Shown here piece by piece: positions 7,838-20,076 of a stretch of DNA of 24,470 nt. Where the stretch lies: positions 1 to 24,470 of the forward strand of contig MCFH01000147.1 of the NCBI GenBank assembly GCA_002104945.1, in the 5' to 3' direction. The translations under genes and the position numbers were made by a program. Source of the stretch: Piromyces finnis finn. Its lineage: Eukaryota > Fungi > Neocallimastigomycota. Under the pieces are notes generated by a model that saw only the letters and a list, made by a program, of their open reading frames with translations, did no database searches and had not been told where the DNA came from. Numbering within the stretch: position 1 is the stretch's first letter; every line of letters begins with the position of its first letter.

Positions 7838-10024
7838 ATGAACAATACCAATTGTACTGTACCTACCTTACGACGTGGTCTTCGTTTCTTCGGATCTAAC
7901 TCCAATAAATCATATCTAATTTTTATCCATGATCTTAGTTCATGGTCCAAACAACGACTAATGGAATTTCTTTTAAAGACATTCAACCCTTCAATGATAT
8001 TCTTCAATCCCTCACCAAAAAATATTCACAATCACTCGGTACCTATTTCATTCTAAAAGTCAATGGAAAATGCCCGCTTAAAGCCATGTTACTTATACAC
8101 TCACTTTCTAAAAAAACTCCCAATCTCTAGTAAAATATCTTGGAAATTCATTGATAAGCTCAAAAACAATAGATCATACAAAAGCAAACGATCTATCAAA
8201 TCCACTACTGGTCCACTCTCTGACGATTTCTATTTTAGTCATCTAAGCTCTAATGCTTCCTTTTTCAACTTATGTACTTGTTGGAACATCAATGGTTGGA
8301 ACCCGGAGAAAAAGGACGGTGTTTTATACTTCGTCTCTGTTTTCAAACCTGTATGTGTCTGTCTTCAAGAAGTAGGTAACAGCCAATTCCTCTCTGGTAA
8401 TGCAATTTCCTCCCCATGCCTACCGAACTATAAACCAGTACACAGACGTGCTAATCCTAAAGTTCCAGGTATGAGAGGACTTTACATTGGTGTTCATAAC
8501 TCTTGTTCCTTTACTCCTGAACCTCTTCTATATAAGTACATCATTTCAGTTACAATACTGTCATTTTGGAACCAGAGATGTACCATCGGTAATATTTACT
8601 TCCCGCAAACTAGATGGCCGGATGCTAGATTAATTGCCTTTGATGAACTTGATAAGTGGTTAACAACGCATAACAAATTCAACCACCCAGCTATCCTTGT
8701 AGGAGACTTTAATATGTCAGCTATTAAAATCAAATCTTATATATCACAACACTTCCCGGATTGGACTATGGCTGAGTTAACTGGTAATAATTTTACCTGG
8801 GAAAAAGGATCTAAATCTTCATGCATTGATCATATTATATACAACAAAGCTATGACAGAACACATAAACAAATCTTCAGTATGCGAAGTTTTTCACAATG
8901 TTTCTGATCACAAACCGATCCTTGTGTCTTGTAAAAAAGACTCTTCTGATGGTTTCAAAAAGCCTAAGAAGACCTTTAAGTGGTCAAGTCATATCTGTAA
9001 CACAAAGTGTTCTGACATTCTTACTAGTAATCGCTTTGCTGTTCTAGCTTCCGAGCTTGAAGCTAATTGCGATAGCCTTTCGGCTGACGATATGGTTTCA
9101 AAATTTTTAGATACTTCCAAAACTATAAGTAAAGAAATAAAAGCCATTGTGCCTGCAGATTTAAAAGGTCCAGCATTCCATTGCCCTCAATACATCAAAA
9201 ACTTATCACATGAAAAACACCTGGCTTACAAAAATATTAAGCCCCTTTCAGATTGCGCTGACATGGAAAATTATCTTAACCAGTTCTCCATATACCAAAA
9301 TCTATGTAATACCATCAAAAAGGGTTAAGAGTAAATTCAGATCCAATCTCTATAAAGCTAATATTGTTTAGTTTCTATCGGTAAACATTTTATTGATAAA
9401 AGCTTTAGACAAGGTTGGAAAGGCCTTAAAAAACTTGCCAAACCAAGTTATTCGTCCTCCCATGTTTCAACTATTAAGGACAAGAATGGCAAGGATTTAT
9501 TTACTCCTCAAGAACAATTAAAACGTTGGGCTGAACATTATGAAAATCTTGCATCTGATGTTACAAATCACAGCTTAAATCGTGGTTACTGGGAAAGAGC
9601 CTTCCAATTCAACCATATCAATCAAATAGCATGGGATATAAATGGTCCCATTTCTATTGAGGAAATTAGAAATGTTGTTCTGTCAATGAAGAATAACAAG
9701 GCTCCAGGTCCCGATGGTATCCCAATTGAATTTTTCAAAGCTTTCTTTTGTAACGAAGAACTGGAGAAAGAACATAAGTCTGCTGGAAATTGTCTTAAAT
9801 TAATTTTTAATAAAATCTGGAATGGTTCCTTTCCTTTGAAATGGAACTCTGCTTCCATTGTTTCTATTCCAAAGAAAGGCGATCTTTCAGACTGTAATAA
9901 TTATCGTGGTATTTCTCTCATCAATGTAGGTCTTAAAATTATTTCAAAAATTGTAACTAATAGAATTTCAAAGTATGCTCTTTCTCATAATTTTATAAGA
10001 CCTGAGCAATTTGGTTTTCGCAAT
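7838..10024 (+). pseudogene. LINE-B polyprotein, 5' part (RRM-like domain, APE, linker, first third of RT)
   Basis: Four frame changes (~7972, ~8110, ~9320, ~9368) join MNNT..WSKQRLMEF / KYSQSLGTYFILKVNG / WNINGW, LQEVG, GNIYFP, LVGDFN, CIDH, SDH / KDKNG..EQLKRWAEHYENLASD / KAPGPDGIP, YRGISL, EQFGFRN. It is truncated before the catalytic RT motif. Confidence 0.9.
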
Positions 10025-10027
10025 TAA

Positions 10028-10219
10028 TTCAACAATCTCATCAACATTTAGATCAAATACAGAGTATCCTTGTCGTGTTACCTTACGAAACTATAGACAT
10101 AAAAATTTACAATTCATCAAAAATTTGTATTTAACATAAGGCTAATGTCAAATTAGATGGACAATTCTCGAAATCTTTTAATAAAGTTTAAAAATATTTG
10201 ATGCTGTTAAAAAAAAAAA
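10028..10219 (+). mobile_element. ~190-bp mosaic retro-copy built from four collinear LINE-A-family fragments plus poly(A)
   Basis: 10028-10046 = LINE-A ~1954-1971 (19/19 to the reverse complement of 136-154). 10051-10099 = 2380-2428 (45/49). 10100-10179 = 4236-4317 (3 substitutions, one 2-bp deletion). 10179-10208 = 6285-6313. Then (A)11. Confidence 0.9.
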
Positions 10220-10220
10220 T

Positions 10221-10382
10221 ACTTCATATGTAGAGGATCTCGCGGCTTTTCTTACTAAAACAATCCCTATCATTAGTAGCTCAATGGAGCTTCTTTTTAA
10301 TAGATTTAGTAAGATATCTAGTGTAATAAAGAGCGCCGACGTCCTATCGATATGGCAAAGGAACATTCTTAATATTCAATAG
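10221..10382 (+). pseudogene. C-terminal 53 codons of the LINE-B polyprotein
   Basis: TSYVEDLAAFLTKTIPIISSSMELLFNRF aligns without gaps to the LINE-A C-terminus TPFLTVTAELLTKIMPFAIGQQWSMFKRF (from 5896). Ends in TAG at 10380-10382. Not in the ORF track because it has no start codon. Confidence 0.75.
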
Positions 10383-10728
10383 ACAGGGTTCAATGCTAGT
10401 ATTTCTTCGAATGAAAACATTTTGAGCTCATGGGAGAGCTTAGTGAACACCACACTATCATACCTGATATTACTTCCCTTTTTTATTTCATTAGGTAGGG
10501 ACCAATCCTACACAGTACGAATTGCAGAGTTCATTGAACTTTTATGTAACTTTAATAATTATTTTATTTTATTTTATATTTATATTTATACATATATTAT
10601 TATTATATTATTATATCAATATGTATTATTATCTAATATAATCACAAATTAAATAAATAAATACAAGAAGTATATTCTCTTCCTAATCTAAAAAAAATAC
10701 TAAAGAAACAGTATGATAAGTTGGTAGA

Positions 10729-10943
10729 ATTATACTTTCGTATAATAGTGGCTTTCTCACTTTAACTAAAGTTACTACAATATTCAATTTTTATTCATTT
10801 GTGTTTATTTAAACTTTTTTTTTTTTAATTTTTATTTTTTTTATTTTTATTTTTATTTTTTATAGCATGTATTATAATTTTAATTAAATTAATAATAAAG
10901 TTTAGTAATATTTGATGCTGTTAAAAAAAAAAAAAAAAAAAAA
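10729..10943 (+). mobile_element. 5'-truncated LINE-A-family copy (3' UTR only plus poly(A))
   Basis: Aligns to LINE-A 6125-6313 (attatacttt.gtat.atagtggctttct.acttta...tttattcatttgtgtttatttaaac...catgtattataattttaattaaattaataataaagttta). AATAAA at 10894-10899, (A)21 at 10923-10943. Confidence 0.92.
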
Positions 10944-12064
10944 GGTAAGTAGAATCAAAGTAGCCAATGTAATTATAACTTTGTTCCATAATAAAAACTG
11001 GATTTTATTTAAAGTCATAAACAATCACTACAGCTAATATTGTACTCAAGTATAATGACTTTTTTATATAAATTACTAAAATAATTAAATCAAATTTTTA
11101 TTTATTTATATTTAATGGTGTGTCTTAATTACAAATTTAATATAATAAGTAATCTATAATTTTTATTGCAAATAAAACTATTTATTTTCACTATTTTGCC
11201 TAGGAATTGAAGGATTACAAATATTATTTATAAAGATTTTATTACAAATATTAAATTTATATATTATTTTTAAATTTATCAAATAAAAAAAGTATTCGTT
11301 TTAATATTTTTTAAAATATTATAAACATTAATATTATTATATATATTTTAAAAAATCAATTTAAAGTTTTGCCTTTGTAAATTAAATATTAAGAAAAAAA
11401 AAAAAAAAAATTAATTATCTTATTTCATAACCCTTAGTATAAGAAGGTTAGAATAATATAATATTTTTTCAATTGTTAAATTTATGGAATTATTTAAGTT
11501 TACATTTTTTTATCCAACAAAAACATTGATTATATATTAATGCATGTGATCTATTTGAAATTTTGATCTTGAATTATCCACTTTTTTATTGTCCAACAAA
11601 AATTAATATGCCATGTGTATTAATTTGTATTTATTATAAATAATAATATTTAAGGAAAAATAAAACAAAAAATTGAAACATTTAATATAATATCGAGTTT
11701 TATTTTTTTTTAAAAAATACCATTTTAATAAAAATAATTATAGCATTTATAATTTTGAGTTTAATAGAAAAGTAATCCTTGCTATTTTAGTTTTATATAT
11801 TTTGTAATTATTATGGAAATATGATAGTTTTTTTTTATTAATAAAATTATAGTTTTAATATTATTATACCCAAATCATACATATTTAAATTTTCTATTTG
11901 TTTTTAACATCATTGCTTAAATTAAAATTTAGAAATCTGGGCATAGTTATTTTTATTAGCATTTTTATGTCATTAATAATAAAGATAGTGACAATAAAAA
12001 GAGAAATTAATATTATTTTAATACCACATTAAAAATAGTATATTGGAAATTTATAAAATTGTCA

Positions 12065-12104
<40 letters not shown>
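12065..12104. repeat. (AAT)n microsatellite
   Basis: About 13 uninterrupted units. Confidence 0.9.
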
Positions 12105-12107
<3 letters not shown>

Positions 12108-12708
12108 TAAATAATGTTACTTTGTGAATTATATATTCATTATATTTACCATAATAAATTTAAAATCTTGTTTCATAGTTTTTTCATTTGTATTTATATA
12201 GAATATATTAAACTCGAAATATTTGTTTTGATGTATTTTTTTTTTTCATTAATAATGTTATTGAGTATTATTTTTATTAAAAATTCTAATAAGCCTTTAA
12301 AAAATATTATTATAGGCAATAATGTTACTTTTTAATTTCATTTAGGTATTAAGATTTAAGAATAATATTTAATTGTAAATTATTTTTTAACTTCAAAGTT
12401 TATATTTAACTTTTATTACATTTCTTTTTTCTTTTCTTTTTTTTTTTTAATACTACTACTACTACTAATAAATTAAATATAAAAAATATTTAAATATAAA
12501 ATAAATTTTATAATTTTATAAAACATAATAATAATTTTATCCCTAATAATGAATTAAAAATCAATTATTAAATTAATATAAATATTTATTTTAGTTAGTT
12601 CGTTCGTATAGTTTATTATACCTAAAAAAAAAAAAGTTCTATAAATTTAATGCCATTATTTATTTGAAATATTTATTATGGAATTTATTATAGATAATAT
12701 CAAAGGAG

Positions 12709-12860
<152 letters not shown>

Positions 12861-13547
12861 CGGAAATTATATTAATCGATTAATTCTCACACCTTTTCAG
12901 TTTATTTAAATACTTTTATTTTATTGGTAGATATTTCAATAAATCTATATTGAATAAATTTATTATATATAATATATTTATTTTATATGCTATATTAATT
13001 TTTTAGATTCAATTTAACTCTTAGATATTTTTTTTATAAGGCATGCTTTATGCTTTGAATACCTTTCTTATTATTGTTGCATTTAATAATTAATTTGTGA
13101 AATTTAATTTGATGATTAGATTGGTGCTTTTTTCCTGTAAAATACTTTCTTTTTCTGATATCAAATATATAACTATATGCTTCGATCTATTTTTATATAT
13201 ACAGTAATATATAATCATCAATTAAATAATAAATAATAAAGGGTCTAAAATAAACTATAGCTACCTTTATATAACTAATAAGAAAGTATTTATATATTAC
13301 AATGAAATACTTGTGAATTTAAAATTGGATTTAACTTGAAAATAATATAGCACTTTTTTAAATATTTTAAATATTACACATCTTTAATCATCTTTTAAAG
13401 ATGTAATAATTAAAAAAATTTTGATTTATTAAAAAATATATATTAAATATTTAATTTACAATTTTATTTATTATCAAAATATTCTATTTATATATTAATT
13501 ATATATATTACATTACACATTATATATATTAATAAAAAAAATAAAAA

Positions 13548-13580
<33 letters not shown>

Positions 13581-14316
13581 TTGTTTCTGTTAAGCAATAA
13601 AGAGAGCCTTTTTTTTTTTTTTTTTTAAATCAATGTTAATATTTAGTTAAACGTAAAGTTAAGCTAAAATATTAAAATTGAAGTTTTTAATTAATTTCTA
13701 TATATTTAATAATTATTTGTTTAATAGAAGCAAAGGATAAATTAACGAAAGTTTTATTATTTTTATTGTTCAATTAAGTAAATAATTACTGATATTTTTT
13801 TTAAACTTTCAATCAATTGAAAATTGGTTCAAATACTTTTTTATTTTTAAATAATTTATTTAAAATTCCCTTTTTATTATTTTATTAATAATAATTTAAT
13901 TAGCATATTATATTTCAGATAAAAAAGTATATAATATTAACATAAAATTATTTAATTTTGATTACATTATTACAATTAAAATATAATAAAAAGTAATTTG
14001 TGATGATTTAAATAAAAATACAAATACTTCCCAGAAATAATACGCTTATTAAATTTTTACCACAATAAAGAAATATTATTATATTATTGTTATATATAAT
14101 AACTAATTACAATTTATAATAATAATAAATATTAACAATACTATATTAATAAAATTAGTATTAAAAAATAAATAATAAAAAATAAAAATATAGAAATAGT
14201 AAAAAACAACAACAACAACTCTATTATTTCTTTTTAAAGCAAAAAAAAAAAAAAAAAATAATAATAATAAAAATAAAATATATAGATTTTTTTAAAAACG
14301 TTAATTGATATTAAAA

Positions 14317-14389
14317 ATGGCTACCGAAAATTCATTATGGTATATGAAATCTGATAATTTGGAAAATTCACCCAAATGTAATTATTACT

Positions 14390-14437
<48 letters not shown>

Positions 14438-15635
14438 AATGTTATATATGATAAAAACATTTCTTTAAATAATAAATATAAATCTTTTACTTCATTTAAA
14501 ATATACTAACAAATAATTTTTTTTCTTTTTTCTTTTTTATTTTATTGAATATGCTTTTTTAAAATGAATATATATTATATATTACACATTATATAGATGT
14601 TATTGGGATATGTGCTATGGACAATAAAGCACGTTCAAAGCCCATGAGAAATATATTAAATAGATTACTTTCAACAGGAGAATTTCAAATTGTAATATTC
14701 GGAGATAAAGTCATTCTTGATGAAAGTAAATTGAAATCCTTTTTTTTTTTTTTTTTTAATTTCAAAAATAAAGTTTACATATAGAATGCAACTTAATATT
14801 GAATTTTTGGAATAATTATTTATGCTATTAAAAAGAAATATATATATGTTGTTTTATTATTATTATTATTATAAAAAAAAAACCGAAAACAAACAAACAA
14901 AAAAAAAAAAAAAAGAAAAAAAAAATGGTTATTTAATAAATATTATCAATATAGGGCATATATATATAAATTATATATTATTCAAATATGCAAATTGCAA
15001 ATTAGTATCTAATAAAAAAATTACTATTTATTTTTAATTAATAATTTATTTAAAAGGTATTGAAAGTTGGCCAATATGTGATTTTTTAATATCTTTTTTT
15101 TCAAAAGGATTCCCACTTCAAAAAGCAATTGATTATGTTAATTTAAGAAAACCATACTGTATCAATGATTTAGAGATGCAACGCTTATTATTAGATAGAC
15201 GTCTTGTTTTAAAATTATTAGATGCTATTCATGCTTCATCTCCAAAAAGACTTTTTGTTGATAATAATCATAGTGAATGGGTACCTGATAGTTTAATAGA
15301 AAAAGTTAAAGAAAGAATGGGTATTGATCTTTATGCTCCAGAATTTAAAACCAATGGAAAAATTATTCAAATTGATGCTGATACTATATCATTAGATGGA
15401 AAAATATTGAAAAAACCATTTGTAGAGAAGCCAATATGTGGTGAAGATCATAATATATATATATATTATCCTCAATCAACTGGTGGTGGTGTAAGAAAAT
15501 TATTTAGAAAGGTAATATTAATAAATATTAAATAAATGAAATTATTTAGTTATTTTATTATTTTTCGAAGTTTTTTTATTTAAAATATTTATAAAAATTT
15601 GATATAGTAAATAAATAACTTGATAACATAATGAT

Positions 15636-15687
<52 letters not shown>

Positions 15688-18600
15688 TATTTAATGAACA
15701 TTATAGGTCGGAAATAAGTCAAGTGAGTTTTGTCCAACAATAACAAATATTAGAACAGATGCTGAATATATATATGAAGAATTTATGAAAGTTGATAATT
15801 GTGAAGATGTTAAAGTATATACTATTGGTGAAAATTATGCACATGCTGAAACTAGAAAGTGACTATGAATTTTGATTTATATTTAAAAATAATATTTTAT
15901 TGATATTAACTATTAATTATTAATATTAACTATTAACTATTGTAATTTTTAATATTATCAATAATATATCAATCTATTATATTTATTAAAATAATCAACA
16001 TAAAAAATATATTTATCGAATTTTAATATTTAAAAATAATAACAAACAAAATGATATTTAATATTTCAATAATATTCTTGATAAAAACTCAAATTTATAT
16101 AACATGTAATACTAATAGATCACCAGTTGTTGATGGTGTCGTTTGCAGAAATGCTGAAGGAAAAGAAGTAAGATATGTAACAGCTTTAAGTGAAGAAGAA
16201 AAAATGTTTGCTAATAATGTATGCACTGCCTTTTTACAAGCTGTTTGTGGTTTTGATTTGTTAAGAGTTCGTGGAAAATCATATGTTATTGATGTTAATG
16301 GTTGGTCATTTGTTAAGGGTAATGATGAATATTATGATAATTGTGCAAGAGTAAGTAAAATTGTTAATATAACTTTTTTTTTTTTATAAAAACTATAAAG
16401 AGCAATAATACACTATAAATATTATTATAATATTAATAACTATAAATAATTTAATTTATTTTTTTTTATATATTTTTGTTTTCATAAGATTTTAAGAAAT
16501 TTATTTTTAGAATATGCAACCCAAAGAAATATAAAAAGTTCTGTAGTAAAGGAACAAAATTTTGATACCAGATGGAGATTGAAGGGATTTATATCAGTAT
16601 TTAGACATGGTGATAGAACTCCAAAACAAAAGATGAAGTTCCAATTTAGAAGCAAGCCATTTGTTGATTTATTAAAGGGTTCGAAAGATGAGGTATTTTT
16701 TCAATTTCTATAATACAATTTTATTATATATATATATATATATTTTTTTTTCGAAGTCTTAATAATTATAATACTTATAATGGTAATAATTATAATAATA
16801 TTATTTTTTATTATTATCCTATTTTTTATTATTATCCTATTTTTTTTATTATGATAATTTTAATACAAGATAATTCTTAGAAATCCAGATCAATTAAAAG
16901 AAGTCGTTAAAGCTGCTAATGAAGCATATGAATTAAAATGCGAAGATTTAGCATTATTAGAACAATTAAAATATATATTATATAAAAAGTCAAAACTACC
17001 TGGAACAAAGGTACAGCTTAAACCAAGTTATAATAAAGAAACGGGTGATCTAAAAAAATTTCAATTAATTGTAAAATGGTATATATTTATATATAAATTT
17101 AAATTTATTTTTATTTATTTTTTTTTATTTACAGTTAAATTAATTATTCAATTTATTATTATTATTATTATTATTATCATCATATAAAGGGGTGGTGAGG
17201 TAGATTTTTTTTTTTTTCTTTTTTAATTATATTATATATAAAAATAATATAATAAAATTTATTTATTTAATCGTTCATTTTATAATAAATTTAATATAAT
17301 TATTACCATCATGACAGTTCACACATGCAGGTCGTCATCATAGTAGAGATTTAGGCGAAAATTTGAATAAGGTAAAGATATATTTTAATTTATTTTTTAT
17401 AGAAAAATATATATATATATATTGATATATTAAATGTTTTTTAATTTTTTTTTATGTTGTTTTAATATATTATAGGATATAACAATTATGAATCCAAAAT
17501 GTTTAGATAATGTAAAAATGTATAGTTCATCGGAAAGACGTGTTGTTGCAACGGCTGATATATTCTCAAAGGCATTTTTAAAGGTTTCTGAATTACCAAA
17601 AGATTTTTTAATAATAAGTAAAGAAATGCTAGATGATACAAATGCAGCAAAGGAACAAATGGAAAGTGTTAAAACAAAACTTCAAGATATATTTAATCCA
17701 AAACAAGGATTTAGCTGTCCATCTAGTTTTATTTTACCAAAAAATATGGAAGATCCTCCAGTATTAGTACAAGATACTATTGATTTATTATGTTCATTAA
17801 GAGAAGTTATGAATGAAAATTTCAGAACTTTGGATGTTGATAAACTACAGTCAAGATGGTGTTGTTCAGAAAGTCCAGATTTATTTAAAGAACGTTGGGA
17901 AAAACTTTTCCATGAATTTTGTGATACTTATAACAGAAAAAATGTATTCGATACCTCAAAAATTTCAGAACTCTATGATTCATTGAAATATGATGCTCTT
18001 CATAATAGAGATTTCTTAGAAGGCATATTTTCTTCACCTAAATATGGTCGAGATTTATTAAGACAACTTTATAGAAAAGCTAAAGTTTTGTTTGATTTTG
18101 TAGCACCACATGAGTATGGTATTGAAGATTCCGAGAAGTTGGAAATTGGTTTATTAAATTCAAAACCATTACTTTTAAAAATACTAGGTCATATACAGGA
18201 AGTCAAGTCTTCACCAACCCCTTGTGCTCGTCTCTTTTTCACAAAGGAATCAAAGGTAATTTGCTTATTAAATATCATTTTATTAAGTGAATTACCAACA
18301 AGTGTTGATAAAGCTGATACTGATGAACTTGATTGTAATTATTTTATTTTCAATTATATTTTTATAATTATATTTTTATATATATTATCATCCTTATATA
18401 TTAATTTATTTGGATTGTATATAAAGACATATAAAATGATTCATTATTATTAATCTTTTTTTTTTTCTTTATTTATAAATATACCAATGATTAGACTTAA
18501 CACAAATAACATTTGAAATTTATGAAAGAAGTAAGAATGTTGGTCCAGATCAATATATTTCAGAGTATTCAATGAGAGTTTCATTTAGTCCTGGTGCACA

Positions 18601-18882
18601 TGATTCTAATTTAATAGATCTTCAAATTGATGGTAAACACTCTATATCCGTTGCCCCTAGAAAGTAACTATTCTTTTTTTTTTTTTTTAAATCATATTTT
18701 CTTAAATCTAATTTTATATAAAAATGTAAAATGTAAAATATTTATTATTATTTATTAATATAAATTTATTAACATATATTTATTAATATATATATTTAAT
18801 TTAAAAAAGATTTATAACAGATCATGTATCATTAGATTTTGGTATTAAGGCTCTTAATGATGTTATTGACAATAAGAAATAA
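14317..18882 (+). CDS. VIP1: Bifunctional inositol pyrophosphate kinase/phosphatase (PPIP5K; Vip1/Asp1), 12 exons, 868 aa
   Basis: Exons 14317-14377, 14597-14725, 15057-15511, 15707-15858, 16119-16350, 16489-16692, 16870-17078, 17190-17199, 17318-17371, 17476-18334, 18495-18663, 18810-18882. All introns are GT-AG, phases are consistent, total 2607 nt with no internal stop. Kinase motifs: [67 protein letters not shown]. Histidine-phosphatase motifs: RHGDRTP (16603-16623), [39 protein letters not shown]. Confidence 0.96.
15637..15684. repeat. (TAA)n microsatellite in VIP1 intron 3
   Basis: Direct read, ~16 units. Confidence 0.9.
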
Positions 18883-18904
18883 TTTTTTTTTAATCATTAA
18901 CTAA

Positions 18905-18911
18905 TAGATGA

Positions 18912-18997
<86 letters not shown>

Positions 18998-19085
18998 GCA
19001 TAATAAACATAAACATAATAACAATAACAATAATAATAACAACAATAACAATAATAATAATGGTAATAGTAATAGTAATAATAAA
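18905..19085. repeat. Degenerate (AAT)n tract downstream of the VIP1 stop
   Basis: aat/aac/agt trinucleotide array. It explains the spurious poly-Leu ORF 18890..19126(-). Confidence 0.88.
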
Positions 19086-19171
19086 ATAAAAAAAAAGAAT
19101 GAAAAAAATAATAAAAATAATATCATTATTTGGATATATAAAAACTATAAAAAATAATTAATAACTAATAA

Positions 19172-19288
19172 CAAAAAAAACAAAAAAAAACAAAAAAAAA
19201 CAAAAAACAAAAAACAAAAAACAAAAAACAAAAAACAAAAAACAAAAAACAAAAAACAACAAACAAACAAACAAACAAAAACAAAAAA
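19172..19288. repeat. C(A)n tandem array with stepwise unit lengths
   Basis: Units of C(A)8-9, then about eight C(A)6, then several C(A)3. Confidence 0.88.
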
Positions 19289-20076
19289 TTAAAGTAATAA
19301 AAAATCGTTTACTGGTTTGAAATATTATTAATAAAATAGAATTTTTTTTTTTAAAAAAAGATAATTAATTTAATATACAATTGATTTTAAAAAATATTTT
19401 ATTTTAGAATAAGTTTTTCTCACTCTTATACTCTTTCTTTTTCGTTTTATTTATTTATTTATTTTTATAATATTAATAAGTATAGTTTATTAAATAATAA
19501 CAGTAATAATTAAAATGGTTAAAGAAATTTTTTTTTAAAATTCCTTTTTTTATTTTATTAATAATTTATTGGAAAATCATTTATTTATTAGTAAAATTCA
19601 TTTTTAATAAAATTAAATTTATGTTAAAAAACATAGTAAATTATATATATATAATTTACTGTCAAAATATTTAATAATAATTTATTTAAAATATTTATAT
19701 AAGTATCTAAAAATGAAAAATAAAAGTACTTTAAAAAACAAAGCAAAATAAATAGAGAAATAAAAAATAAATATTTAATAAAAAACAGGTGTAAATTTAT
19801 TATTATTATTATTTTTATATATAATCATTGCTTAGAAACTTTAATAATTATGTTTTTTTAATAGGATTTAATATTTTTTATTTGTTAAGCATTTTATTAA
19901 TGGAAAATAAAATAAAATTGTTATTTAGCATAATTTAAAAATCTTATATATATATAAAAAAAAGTATCATATTTCACATTTTTTCTTTATATTTTTTTTA
20001 TGTTTTTTTTATTTTTTAATTTTATCTATTATTTATACGCATTACACATACACATATAATAATAAAACAAAAAATT

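Larger units (their letters stand above)
7838..10697 (+). mobile_element. LINE-B: divergent relative of LINE-A, internally deleted and interrupted; 5' UTR boundary not determined
   Basis: Same domain order as LINE-A up to EQFGFRN (10024). The ORF C-terminus resumes at 10221-10382, followed by a T-rich 3' UTR, AATAAA at 10652-10661 and a short A-run at 10690-10697 (putative end). Confidence 0.85.

Noticed and set aside
10716-10955. TSD around the truncated 3' UTR copy (ggtagaat before, ggtaagtagaat after)
   Set aside because: Not an exact duplication adjoining the poly(A); too short and AT-rich to support.
13378-13404. 9-bp perfect hairpin acatcttta/taaagatgt in the intergenic region
   Set aside because: Isolated and AT-rich; expected by chance at this composition.
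14391-14433. (T)43 in VIP1 intron 1 as the tail of an antisense LINE insertion
   Set aside because: The adjacent sequence does not match the reverse complement of the LINE-A or LINE-B terminus. The same applies to the A-runs at ~11394, 12838, 13551 and 14241.
16805-16855. 19-bp tandem repeat in VIP1 intron 6
   Set aside because: About 2.5 copies of an AT-rich unit; ordinary slippage.
18253-18334. aag|gtaatt as a splice donor that would explain the missing His in VIP1
   Set aside because: The downstream sequence encodes conserved LLNII and ELDY in frame, so it is exon.
13861-19570. Similar taaaattcc(t)n-attttattaataa motif ~450-540 bp upstream of both host genes (13861 and ~19536)
   Set aside because: Low-complexity AT sequence; chance similarity cannot be excluded.
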